From Deltaproteobacteria bacterium (GTDB lineage: Bacteria > Myxococcota > Kuafuiibacteriia > Kuafuiibacteriales > Kuafuiibacteriaceae), in the NCBI GenBank assembly GCA_040218735.1, contig JAVJQW010000023.1, positions 96,001-160,000 of the forward strand: DNA of 64,000 nt, given 5' to 3'. Positions 1-9,004 of the stretch are shown here, piece after piece. Below the pieces are notes generated by a model, which saw only the letters and a program-made list of their open reading frames with translations, had not been told where the DNA came from and did not search any database. How positions within the stretch are numbered: position 1 is the first letter of the stretch; every line of letters starts with the position of its first letter. Both the position numbers and the translations under genes were made by a program.

Positions 1-3000
1 ACGCAGCTCAACCCGCACATCGAAGCGGCGAACGCCGCTGTCACCTTCCCGGTGCGCTCCATACCTTGGACCGCACCGCGGCGCGTCGCGGGCGTGAGCT
101 CGTTCGGATTCAGCGGAACGAACGGCCACGTCATCGTCGAGTCCACGCCGGAGGAGCTCATCGAACGCAGCGACGTCCGCTCGCCGTGGGAGACCTGCTT
201 CGTCCCGATCTCCGCGCCGACCGACTCCGGCCTGCGCGCCCTCGCGGGGCGCCTCGGCGAGCACCTCGAAACGCACCCCTCGACGCGCCTCCCGGACTTC
301 ATGTTCACGATCGGCGCGGGGCGAAGCCACGGCTTCCGACACCGCGCCGCTATCCGCGCGAAGGATCGCGAAGAGCTCACCCACGCGCTCGCGACGCTCG
401 CCGACGGCGAGGAACACAAGACGGTCCTGCGTGGGCACGGTCCCGGCCAACGCCCCGGGAAGGTCGCGCTGATGTTCACCGGGCAAGGCGCCCAGTACGT
501 GTCGATGGGGCGCGAGCTCTACGCCAAGAACGCCGTGTTCCGGCGCGCGCTCGACGCGTGCCAGGAAGCGGGCCGCCCGTTCCTCGACCGACCGCTCCTC
601 GACGTCATGCACGGCGAAGGCGACGGCCCGATCGCCGAGACCGAGTGGACCCAACCCACCGCCTTCGCGGTGAGTTACGCGCTCGCCGAGTTGTGGCGCT
701 CGGTCGGCGTCGAACCCGAGGCGGTCATCGGCCACAGCATCGGTGAGTACGTCGCCGCCTGCCGCGCCGACGTCATGGATCTCGAGAGCGCGATGCGCTT
801 GGTCGCCGCGCGCGGACAACTCATGCAGCGCCTCCCCGCGGGCGGCGCGATGGCGTCCATCTCCGACGCACCCGACGTCGTCGCGCAGACGATCCGCGAC
901 ACCAACAGCGCCGCCGTCATCGCCGGTTACAACGGCCCACGATCCACCGTCGTGTCGGGCCCCGAAGCCGCCGTGGACGCGCTCGTCGAAGCGCTCACCT
1001 CCAGGTCCGTGAAGGCGACCAAGCTGAAGGTCTCGCACGCGTTCCACTCCCCCTTGATGGAGCCGATGCTCGACGCGTTCCGCGAGGTCGCCGACCAGGT
1101 CCGCTTCCGCCCCGCGTCGATCCCCGTTGCGTCGAACGTCACCGGGCGCCTCTACGAGACCGGGTGGGCGCCCGACGCCAAGTACTGGGTCGACCACATC
1201 CGCTCCGCGGTTCGTTTCCAGCCCGGGCTCGAGGCGCTCTACGCCGACGGCGCGCGCATCTTCGTGGAAGCGGGCCCGCACCCCGTGCTCCTCGGCCTGG
1301 GGCGCTCGTTCATCGAAGACGCCGCGTGTGTATGGTCGCCGTCCCTCCGCCGCAGCGCCGGCGAAGAACGCACGTTCCTGCAGAGCGCCGCGGAGCTGTA
1401 CGCCGCAGGCGTCGAGCTCGACTTCGAGCAGCTCCTCGCCGGCGACGGCGTGCGCCGCATCCCCCTGCCCTCGTACCCGTTCGAGCGCAAATACTACTGG
1501 CCGAAGGTCGACGCGAAGGCCGCGTCGAGCGGGGGACGACCGATCCAGCACCCGCTCGTCGTCGAAGCCAGCGACGCACCGCCGCTCGGGATGCGCTGCC
1601 GCATCGATCTCGCCTCGGAGCACACCGCGTACCTCGAGGACCACCAGGTGCACGACGTCCCGGTCTTCCCGGCGACGGGCTACGTCGAGGCGGCGATCGC
1701 CGCCGTGGGTGCAGTATTCGAGAGCGACGTGCGCCAGCTCGAGGACGTCGAGCTGATGCACCCGCTGCGAATCGCCGACGACAAAGAGGTCTACGTGATC
1801 GTGTCGACCGAGTCCGCGGACCGCCCCGCGTTCTCCGTCGTGTCCGGCGTAAAGGCGGACCGCAAGCAGTGGACGACACACTGTCGCGGCGTCGCCGTCC
1901 TCACACCGCCGAACGAACCGGAGCGCGCGCGCCTGTCGCGGCTGCGCGAGCCGATGGTCCACGACGTCGATCCCGACGCGCTCTACGGCTTCCTCGACGC
2001 GATGGGGCTCGACTACCAAGCCGCGTTCCAGAACGTGACCGAGCTCGGCCGCGCCGCCGACGGGCGCCAGTCCCTCGGGCGCGTCAAACTCTCGCAGAGC
2101 GAAGCCGTCGATGCGAAGGACTACGCGGTGCACCCGGCGCTCCTCGACGCCGCCCTGCACTGCCTCGCGACACCGACCGACGAAGCGAGCCCGGACGCCG
2201 AGATGCCGGTGCGCATCGACCGACTCGTCGTCCACCGCGGCGGCGAGCGTGAAGCGTGGGTCCACACCCAACGACGCGACGACGACGCGATGAACGTGAC
2301 GTTGATCGATCCGGACGGCGAGATCATCGCGGAGCTGACCGGGCTGCACACCGCGACGGTGAGTCGCGCGCTGCTCGAGAAGATGGTCGGCGCCGAGAAA
2401 CCCGAAATGATCTACGCGCCGACCTGGCAGGAGACGCAGGCGGGTGAGTCCAAGGATCGACGCTGGATCGTGATCGGCGACGCGGCCTACGCGAACGAGC
2501 TCGGGGCGAAGGCCGTGTCGGTCGACGACGGCTTCGCGGCGCTCGACGCCGCGTTGGAAGACGTGGACGGTGTGCTCGATCTTCGTGCGCTCGGTCTGAC
2601 GGATGCAGACGCGCCACCGCCGTCCGTCCTCGCCGCGAACGTCGCGCGACTCGAGCTCGTCAAACACCTCCTCGAACGAAACGAGAAGCTCCACCTCGTC
2701 CTCGCGACGCGCGGAGCGACGCGCATCGAGAGCGGGGAGCGCGTCCTTCCGTTGCAAGCTGCCTTGCTCGGACAGGCGCGGACGATGATCGGTGAAGCCG
2801 TCGGCGTAGCCGTGTCCGCGATCGACCTCGAAGACGCCGAGCTCTCCCCCGCGCAGGCCGTCGAACAGCTACGGCGCGCGCTGACGGTGACCGAGCCCGA
2901 GGTCGCGTGTCGACAGGATCGTCTCTACGTCCCGCGCGTCGACAAGTGGACTAAGCAACGTGCGTTGACGATCCCCGAGGGGGAGTCGTTCGAGCTCGTC

Positions 3001-5970
3001 ACGCGCGCCGCGGGCATCCTCGAGAACCTGGAGCTCGTCGAGCGCGAGCGTCGCGCTCCGAAGGACGACGAAGTCGAGCTTGAGGTTACCGCGGTCGGGC
3101 TCAACTTCCGCGACGTCATGAACGCGATGGGCGCCTACCCCGGCGGCGTCGAGCCAATCGGCTCGGAGTGCGCCGGCGTCGTGACCGCGGTGGGATCCGC
3201 GGTGAAGTCGGTGAAGGTCGGCGACGCGATCGTCTGCCTCGTCGCGGACGGCGCGTTCCGCCGCTACGCGATCGCCCAGGAGACCTTCGTGGCTCCGGTG
3301 CGCGCGCCTGTGGCGCTGACGGGGGCGGTGACGCTCCCGATCACGATGATGACGGCGCTCCACGGCTTGGAGACCTTGGCCGACCTGAAGCCGGGTGAAG
3401 TCGCGCTGATTCACGCGGGCGCCGGTGGTGTCGGCCTCGCCGCAATCCAGCTTGCGCTGCGAACGAAGGCGAAGATCATCGCGACCGCGGGGAGCCCGCG
3501 CAAACGCGACTACCTGCGGCGCCTCGGCGTCGAGCACGTGTTCGACTCGCGGAGCCTCTCTTTCGCGGATGACGTTCGTGCGCTCGTCGGCGAGCGCGGC
3601 GTCGACCTCGTCCTGAACTCACTCGCCGGTGAGTTCATCGACGCGAGCCTCGCCCTCCTCCGCGAAGGCGGACGCTTCGTGGAGATCGGCAAGGTGCGCG
3701 TGCTGAAGCCGGACGAGGTCCCGGCGGGGGTGCGTTACTTCCACTTCGACACCGGCCTCGAGTGCCTCGAGAAGCCGGGGCTGTTCGCCGAGATGTGGGC
3801 GACCATCGAGTCGCGCATCGCGGAGGGCTCGGTACGCCCGCTCGCGCACGAGACGTACCGCCTCGAAGCGACCGTCGACGCGTTCCGCACGATGGCGCGC
3901 GGCGCCCACGTCGGGAAGAACGTCATCGTCGTCGACCCGGACTACGAGGTCGGCCCGCGCGAAGACGGCACCTACCTGGTCACCGGCGGAACCGGAGCGC
4001 TCGGACTGACCTGTGCGGCGTGGCTCCTCGAACGCGGAGCCGGGCACGTCGTGCTCATGAGCCGGCGCGGCGTCACCCCCGAGACCGAGGCCGCCGTGCG
4101 CGACCTCGACCCGGACGGCCGCCGCGTCTCGGTGGTTCGCGGCGACACGTCGAGCGCCGACGACGTCACGCAGCTCGTCGCGGGGATCGAGAAACGGCAC
4201 CCGCCGCTGCGCGGTGTGCTGCACGCCGCCGGGCTCCTCCGCGACGGCATGGCCGCGTCGCAAGACGAGGGGACCTTCGCGGCGGTCTTCGCACCCAAGG
4301 TCGACGGGACGTTCCACCTCGGGCGCGCCACCGAGTCGTGTGACCTCGACTTCTTCGTCGTGTTCTCGAGCATCGCGGCGCGCTTCGGAAACCCGGGGCA
4401 GAGCAACTACGCCGCCGCAAACGCGTACATGGACGGCTGGGTCGCGCAGGCCCGCGAAGCCGGCCGCGCCGCGCAGACGATCGCGTGGGGTCCGTGGGGT
4501 GAGATCGGCATGGCCGCCGACGAAGCGGCCCTCCGCGGCCTCACCGCGGCGGGCCTCGTCCCGATCGCTCCCGCCGATGGCGTCGCCGCGCTCGCGCAGC
4601 TGATCCGCGGCGGCCGCGAGGCCTCCGTCGTCCTCGGCGTCGACTGGTCCAAGTTCGTCGACGGCCCGCTCGGCGCGCTGCCGGTGTGGTCGAAGCTTAC
4701 GGCGACACGACAGAAGAAGACGTCCGCGCGCGCGAAGGACGGCGCGCTCGACGCCGCGCGCGCCGCGAGCGGCGAGGCGCGGCAAGCCGCCGTCGTCGAC
4801 TTCCTCCGCGACCAGGTGCGCTCGCTCCTCGGCGCCGAGGACGACTACACGATCGACGAGGCGGCCGAGCTGCGCGACGTCGGTGTCGACTCGCTCATGG
4901 CCACCGAGCTGAGGAACCGCCTGTCGACCGCGGTCGGCGCGTCGCTGCCCGGCGCGGCCATGATGGAGCACCCGACGCTCGGCGGCCTCGCCGGATACCT
5001 CGGCGGCATGCTCGGCGAGGGGCACAGCGAAGAGCCTCGGTCCCAAGCCCCTCAGCCCGAGGCACCGACCGCGACGGCAGCGCTGCAGGTGGACATCGTC
5101 GACCTCACCGCCCCCGCCGCACCGCTGTTCTGTTTCCCGCCCGCGGGCGCCGACGCGGCCGTGTTCACGCCGCTCGCTGCGCGGCTGAAACCGTGGCGCA
5201 TCGCCGTCGTGGAGGCCGCGACCTCCGCGTCGAACGAGGCCCCGACCTCGCTCGACGCGCTCGTCGCCGCCGCGATCGGAGCGGTGCGCGCCGTGCAGCC
5301 GCGAGGTCCGTACCGTTTGTTCGGCCACTCCTTCGGCGGGATGATCGCGCAGGAGGTCGCCGCCGCGCTCGAACGTGACGGCGACGAGGTCGCGTTCCTC
5401 TGGAAACTCGAAGCGCCGGTGAGTTTCTCGGACGACCCGCTGCGCGAGGTTGGACAGGCGCGAGCGACGAGTGGCTTCGCGCAGCGCGTCGGGGTCGCGG
5501 CGGCGGACCTCGACGGCGTCTTCCGCGAGATGGGCGCGTTCGCCGTGGCCTTCGACGCCATGGTCTTCGACAGGCTCACGACCATGAGCCCCGAGACGTT
5601 CCAGCGAATGTTCCCGCGCGTGCGTGACCTCGAAGGCGACGACTTCACCCGCGAGCTCGCCCGGTGGACTCACGAAGAAGGCTGGCTCCCCGCTGCGCTC
5701 TCGCCCGACGTTTGTGTCGACCGGGTCCGCAAGGTCCGCCAGACACTCGCGTGGGTCGCGGGCTACCGGCCGTCGTCGGTGAACGCACGACAAGTCACGG
5801 GGCGCGCGACGGTCGGCGCACCGTTCGGTACCGGCGACTGGAGCGACTACGCCACCGGCGCCTTCGAACAGATCGACGTCGAGGGCGACCACATCTCCTG
5901 CGTCATGTCGCCGGGGATCGACGCCGTCGCCCGCAGCCTCGACGCGCTGCTGCGCGAGGCAGGAGTTTGA
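1..5970 (+). CDS. Type I polyketide synthase, 5'-truncated by the window edge: KS(C-term)-AT-DH-ER-KR-ACP-TE
   Basis: KS C-term AGVSSFGFSGTNGHVIV; AT GHSIG and HAFHS (malonyl-type); DH HQVHDVPVFP and HPALLDAALH; ER LIHAGAGGVG; KR GGTGALG, HAAGLLRDG and GQSNYAAAN; ACP GVDSLM; TE GHSFG...GDH. The frame is open from the window start. Confidence 0.96.
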   Translation, partial: TQLNPHIEAANAAVTFPVRSIPWTAPRRVAGVSSFGFSGTNGHVIVESTPEELIERSDVRSPWETCFVPISAPTDSGLRALAGRLGEHLETHPSTRLPDFMFTIGAGRSHGFRHRAAIRAKDREELTHALATLADGEEHKTVLRGHGPGQRPGKVALMFTGQGAQYVSMGRELYAKNAVFRRALDACQEAGRPFLDRPLLDVMHGEGDGPIAETEWTQPTAFAVSYALAELWRSVGVEPEAVIGHSIGEYVAACRADVMDLESAMRLVAARGQLMQRLPAGGAMASISDAPDVVAQTIRDTNSAAVIAGYNGPRSTVVSGPEAAVDALVEALTSRSVKATKLKVSHAFHSPLMEPMLDAFREVADQVRFRPASIPVASNVTGRLYETGWAPDAKYWVDHIRSAVRFQPGLEALYADGARIFVEAGPHPVLLGLGRSFIEDAACVWSPSLRRSAGEERTFLQSAAELYAAGVELDFEQLLAGDGVRRIPLPSYPFERKYYWPKVDAKAASSGGRPIQHPLVVEASDAPPLGMRCRIDLASEHTAYLEDHQVHDVPVFPATGYVEAAIAAVGAVFESDVRQLEDVELMHPLRIADDKEVYVIVSTESADRPAFSVVSGVKADRKQWTTHCRGVAVLTPPNEPERARLSRLREPMVHDVDPDALYGFLDAMGLDYQAAFQNVTELGRAADGRQSLGRVKLSQSEAVDAKDYAVHPALLDAALHCLATPTDEASPDAEMPVRIDRLVVHRGGEREAWVHTQRRDDDAMNVTLIDPDGEIIAELTGLHTATVSRALLEKMVGAEKPEMIYAPTWQETQAGESKDRRWIVIGDAAYANELGAKAVSVDDGFAALDAALEDVDGVLDLRALGLTDADAPPPSVLAANVARLELVKHLLERNEKLHLVLATRGATRIESGERVLPLQAALLGQARTMIGEAVGVAVSAIDLEDAELSPAQAVEQLRRALTVTEPEVACRQDRLYVPRVDKWTKQRALTIPEGESFELVTRAAGILENLELVERERRAPKDDEVELEVTAVGLNFRDVMNAMGAYPGGVEPIGSECAGVVTAVGSAVKSVKVGDAIVCLVADGAFRRYAIAQETFVAPVRAPVALTGAVTLPITMMTALHGLETLADLKPGEVALIHAGAGGVGLAAIQLALRTKAKIIATAGSPRKRDYLRRLGVEHVFDSRSLSFADDVRALVGERGVDLVLNSLAGEFIDASLALLREGGRFVEIGKVRVLKPDEVPAGVRYFHFDTGLECLEKPGLFAEMWATIESRIAEGSVRPLAHETYRLEATVDAFRTMARGAHVGKNVIVVDPDYEVGPREDGTYLVTGGTGALGLTCAAWLLERGAGHVVLMSRRGVTPETEAAVRDLDPDGRRVSVVRGDTSSADDVTQLVAGIEKRHPPLRGVLHAAGLLRDGMAASQDEGTFAAVFAPKVDGTFHLGRATESCDLDFFVVFSSIAARFGNPGQSNYAAANAYMDGWVAQAREAGRAAQTIAWGPWGEIGMAADEAALRGLTAAGLVPIAPADGVAALAQLIRGGREASVVLGVDWSKFVDGPLGALPVWSKLTATRQKKTSARAKDGALDAARAASGEARQAAVVDFLRDQVRSLLGAEDDYTIDEAAELRDVGVDSLMATELRNRLSTAVGASLPGAAMMEHPTLGGLAGYLGGMLGEGHSEEPRSQAPQPEAPTATAALQVDIVDLTAPAAPLFCFPPAGADAAVFTPLAARLKPWRIAVVEAATSASNEAPTSLDALVAAAIGAVRAVQPRGPYRLFGHSFGGMIAQEVAAALERDGDEVAFLWKLEAPVSFSDDPLREVGQARATSGFAQRVGVAAADLDGVFREMGAFAVAFDAMVFDRLTTMSPETFQRMFPRVRDLEGDDFTRELARWTHEEGWLPAALSPDVCVDRVRKVRQTLAWVAGYRPSSVNARQVTGRATVGAPFGTGDWSDYATGAFEQIDVEGDHISCVMSPGIDAVARSLDALLREAGV

Positions 5971-5972
5971 CG

Positions 5973-6764
5973 ATGGGACGCACCAACCGCTTTCAATTCT
6001 GGCTCAACGGCGACCCGCCCAAGAGCCTCGGCACCACCGCCAACGGTGACGTCGAACGCCCGGCGCACGATCGGTGGATGGCGCGCCCCCTCGACCGCCA
6101 GCTCGAAGACGAGCAGCTCACAGCGCTCGTCCCGGCGATCGTCGAAGGCGACTTCCCCGGCCTGTCGCTCTCCGGCTTCCGGCGCCTCACCTCGGGAGCG
6201 GTCGAAGCCCTCGCGCCGTGCACTCGACTCCGGCACCTCGACCTCTCGGGCACGAAGGTCGACGACGGCGCGGCGCCCGCGCTCGCCGCGCTCGACAACC
6301 TCGCGACACTCACCCTCGCGGGCACACGCGTTGGTCTCGAAACCGCGCGCGCCGTCGCGCGGCTCCCGAAGCTCGAGGCCCTCGACCTCGGCTGGACGCG
6401 CGTCCCCGAGGCCGGGATCGTCGAGCTCGCGGGGTGTTCGTCGCTGACGTCGCTCCGACTCTGCGGCCTCTCGGTGCGCGCCGACGCGATGAAGGTGATC
6501 GCATCGCTCCCCGCGCTCCGTTCGCTCGACCTCCAGGAGGCGCGCTTCGACGACCTCTCCGCGCTCAGCGCGTGCACGCAGCTCGAATCGCTGTCGATCG
6601 GCTACACCAGCGTCGATGACGACGCGGTCGAAGGCCTCGCGAAGCTCACCGGCCTCCGCACGCTCATGGTGCGCGCGACGCGGTTGACCGACGCGGCCTT
6701 GGATCGACTGAGCCGAGCGCTCCCCGCGCTCGGTGCGAAGAACGCGGCGGGGCTCCAGCGCTGA
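5973..6764 (+). CDS. Leucine-rich repeat protein
   Basis: Repeated LxxLxLxxTxV units (LRHLDLSGTKV, LEALDLGWTRV, LRSLDLQEARF); ATG 2 nt after the PKS stop. Confidence 0.85.
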   Translation: MGRTNRFQFWLNGDPPKSLGTTANGDVERPAHDRWMARPLDRQLEDEQLTALVPAIVEGDFPGLSLSGFRRLTSGAVEALAPCTRLRHLDLSGTKVDDGAAPALAALDNLATLTLAGTRVGLETARAVARLPKLEALDLGWTRVPEAGIVELAGCSSLTSLRLCGLSVRADAMKVIASLPALRSLDLQEARFDDLSALSACTQLESLSIGYTSVDDDAVEGLAKLTGLRTLMVRATRLTDAALDRLSRALPALGAKNAAGLQR

Positions 6765-8135
6765 TCAGAACCAAGCGTGGAGTTGAACGAGGGTCTCGTT
6801 GTTGAAGGCCTTCGCGACCTCGTCGTTGAAACGCACCTGCGCGATCACTTCGATCGACGTGAACGGGTGCGCGACGATGCCCACGGTGTATCGATGGATG
6901 TGGTCGTCGGCGTTCGAGATGTCCGGGTCCATCCAGTCGTAGCGCATCTGGAGGAACAGCCCCTCCACCACCAGGAAGTCCACCTCATGGAACGAAGTCA
7001 GCGAGGTCTTCGACCCCGCCGCGTCGTCCGTGGTGTGTCTCAGATCGTACTCACCGAGATAGACGACCGGCGCGACCCCGACGGGTGACCACGGATGCCT
7101 GGCCTCGTGTAAGTTCAGCGCCCAGTTCGCGCCGACCCACAGGTCACTCCTCCCGTCGCGCGACTCGAACATGAACGAACCTCCGGCTTGCCACCACAAG
7201 TCACGATAACCGGCGGTGAGCGCGGTCCCGAAGCCGTTGTCGAAGTCGAGCACGGAGAAGCGCTCCGTCCCCGTCCTCGACCGAGTCACCGGTGGCCCGG
7301 GTATGAACAGCGAGGCGTTTGCGTAGAGGTAGTTGGGATTGAGCCCGACCTCGAACCCGGTGACTTGCCGTTCGTTGTCGAAGGTTTGGTTCTGCCGAAT
7401 GAAGGCCGTGTGATCGTCGAGCCTCCACCCGAACGCCGGGAGGAACTGACCGAGCTTTCCGTAGAGTTGATACGGCAAGTTGTCGAACAGCGCCCAGTAC
7501 TCACGAACGAACGCGCGATCCACGAACCCATCGAACTCTTCGGACCGGCTCCCGAGGAACCCACCGTTGACCAGGAACGTCAGCCGCCCGCCCGTCGGGT
7601 CACCCGGGTTGTACGGTGACGCCGCGAGGTAGAGGTCGGTCTGCATCGGGAAGAACGCGTTATCGGCATCCTCGGGGAAGTAACCCATCACCCGGACGTC
7701 GAAGCCGACCCGGAAGTACGGCGTCGGATCCATGCCCGCGTAGCGCGCGGCGCTCAGCGGACCGGGCGGCTCCGAGTGCGGGGGGACCTCCGCGGTGACG
7801 TCCTCGTCTTCTCCGGGCATCGACGCCGGGCGCGACGACGGCGCGTTCGGCTGCCAGTCGTCCGTCGGACGCGGACCGAACATCGCGAGGATCTCACGCC
7901 CGTAGAAGACACCAGCGGTGTTCCGCATCCCGCCGCCCGTGGGGTTCACGTGGCACGTGCTGCAGTTCAGGCTGCACTTCCGCTCCGGGAGCTCCGGGTT
8001 CTTCCAGTCGAACGGCTCGACGTGGCAGTTGTCGCACTGTCGCGCGGACAGCGCCGCGAACTGGGGCAACGCAAACGCCGTGGACGGAAGCGCGAGCGCG
8101 ACGACGACGAGGAGGAGGGGCAGACGACGAATCAT
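6765..8135 (-). CDS. Outer-membrane beta-barrel fused to an N-terminal diheme cytochrome c domain (Cyc2-like architecture)
   Basis: Signal peptide MIRRLPLLLVVVALALPSTAFA; CDNCH and CSTCH; amphipathic beta-strand C-terminal region ending LHAWF (terminal Phe). Confidence 0.75.
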   Translation of the reverse strand: MIRRLPLLLVVVALALPSTAFALPQFAALSARQCDNCHVEPFDWKNPELPERKCSLNCSTCHVNPTGGGMRNTAGVFYGREILAMFGPRPTDDWQPNAPSSRPASMPGEDEDVTAEVPPHSEPPGPLSAARYAGMDPTPYFRVGFDVRVMGYFPEDADNAFFPMQTDLYLAASPYNPGDPTGGRLTFLVNGGFLGSRSEEFDGFVDRAFVREYWALFDNLPYQLYGKLGQFLPAFGWRLDDHTAFIRQNQTFDNERQVTGFEVGLNPNYLYANASLFIPGPPVTRSRTGTERFSVLDFDNGFGTALTAGYRDLWWQAGGSFMFESRDGRSDLWVGANWALNLHEARHPWSPVGVAPVVYLGEYDLRHTTDDAAGSKTSLTSFHEVDFLVVEGLFLQMRYDWMDPDISNADDHIHRYTVGIVAHPFTSIEVIAQVRFNDEVAKAFNNETLVQLHAWF

Positions 8136-8527
8136 GGTGCGTCCTCCGTGATCCGGGGCGCGCCGGCGGCGATCCACGCGCCGAGGATCGCCTTCTCCTC
8201 CGGCGTCAGCGGCGTGACGGACGAGGGGGGCATCGAGCTCGCGTCGACGGCGCGCGCCTGAATGCGATCGAGCTTCTCCAGCGCGCCGTCCAGGCCCCCG
8301 TCGTCGAGGTCGGCGACCGTGTACTTGTCGAGCCGGAACCCGCTCGGCGCGAAGTTCTCCGGCGGGTCGGTGTGGCAGTACGCGCATCGCTGCGCGAGGA
8401 TGCCTTCGACCTCGTTGTCCCAGCTCGGCGCCACCTCGATGGGCTCCGGAGCGCTCCCGAAGCCCGGACACCCCGCGAGCAGCAACATGAAAACGCCGAG
8501 GATCGGCGCGTAGCTCCGCTTCGACAC
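8132..8527 (-). CDS. Monoheme c-type cytochrome lipoprotein
   Basis: Lipobox LLAGC; CAYCH; distal MPP (candidate Met ligand); 4-nt overlap with the barrel gene. Confidence 0.8.
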   Translation of the reverse strand: MSKRSYAPILGVFMLLLAGCPGFGSAPEPIEVAPSWDNEVEGILAQRCAYCHTDPPENFAPSGFRLDKYTVADLDDGGLDGALEKLDRIQARAVDASSMPPSSVTPLTPEEKAILGAWIAAGAPRITEDAP

Positions 8528-8581
8528 GTCTCGTCCCCCTACCGTCTATCGGATCCGAACACCAGGCAGAGGGGGTGACGG

Positions 8582-9004
8582 ATGCGTTTGCACGGACCAC
8601 AATCCGGCGCCGTGCCCGAGGTCGGTCCCGTCCACCACGTCGCCGTGAAGACGAAGCGCGTCGAAGCGCTCACATCGTTCTACCGGGACGTGCTGGGTCT
8701 CGCGGAGAACACGCGCCACGAGGACGAGCGCGGGCTCCGCAGTGTCTGGCTCGATGCCCACGGCACCACGCTGATGATCGAACGCAGCGACACCGACGGC
8801 CACCGACCGCACTTCGCCGCCGACCCGCCTGGCCTCCACCTCCTCGCGTTCGAGATCCCCGCGGACGCCCATGACGCCTGGCGCGATCACCTCGCGGCCC
8901 ACGAGGTCGCGGTCGTGCATACCAGCCCCTTCACGCTCTACGTTACGGACCCCGACGGGAATCGGATCGGCCTCTCCTCGCACCCGGAGCGGCGACAACC
9001 GTGA
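8582..9004 (+). CDS. VOC/glyoxalase family protein
   Basis: VHHVAV...FYRDVLGL...HLLAF...YVTDPDGNRIGL; the true start may be the GTG at ~8612. Confidence 0.85.
   Translation: MRLHGPQSGAVPEVGPVHHVAVKTKRVEALTSFYRDVLGLAENTRHEDERGLRSVWLDAHGTTLMIERSDTDGHRPHFAADPPGLHLLAFEIPADAHDAWRDHLAAHEVAVVHTSPFTLYVTDPDGNRIGLSSHPERRQP

Noticed and set aside
3619-5892. Long antisense or alternate-frame ORFs (757 aa here; also 23848-26568, 24015-26285, 28601-31066, 54983-56686, 57920-59617)
   Set aside because: Arg/Ala/Pro-rich shadows of real genes, as expected in high-GC DNA; no motifs.
8136-8600. 611-aa version of the cytochrome-barrel ORF
   Set aside because: The extension overlaps the real cytochrome lipoprotein gene; the signal peptide begins at ATG 8135. 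Similar over-extended starts were trimmed for the LRR, NTF2, HEAT, tatD, aldehyde dehydrogenase, DHOR, HAD, sufU and coxS genes.
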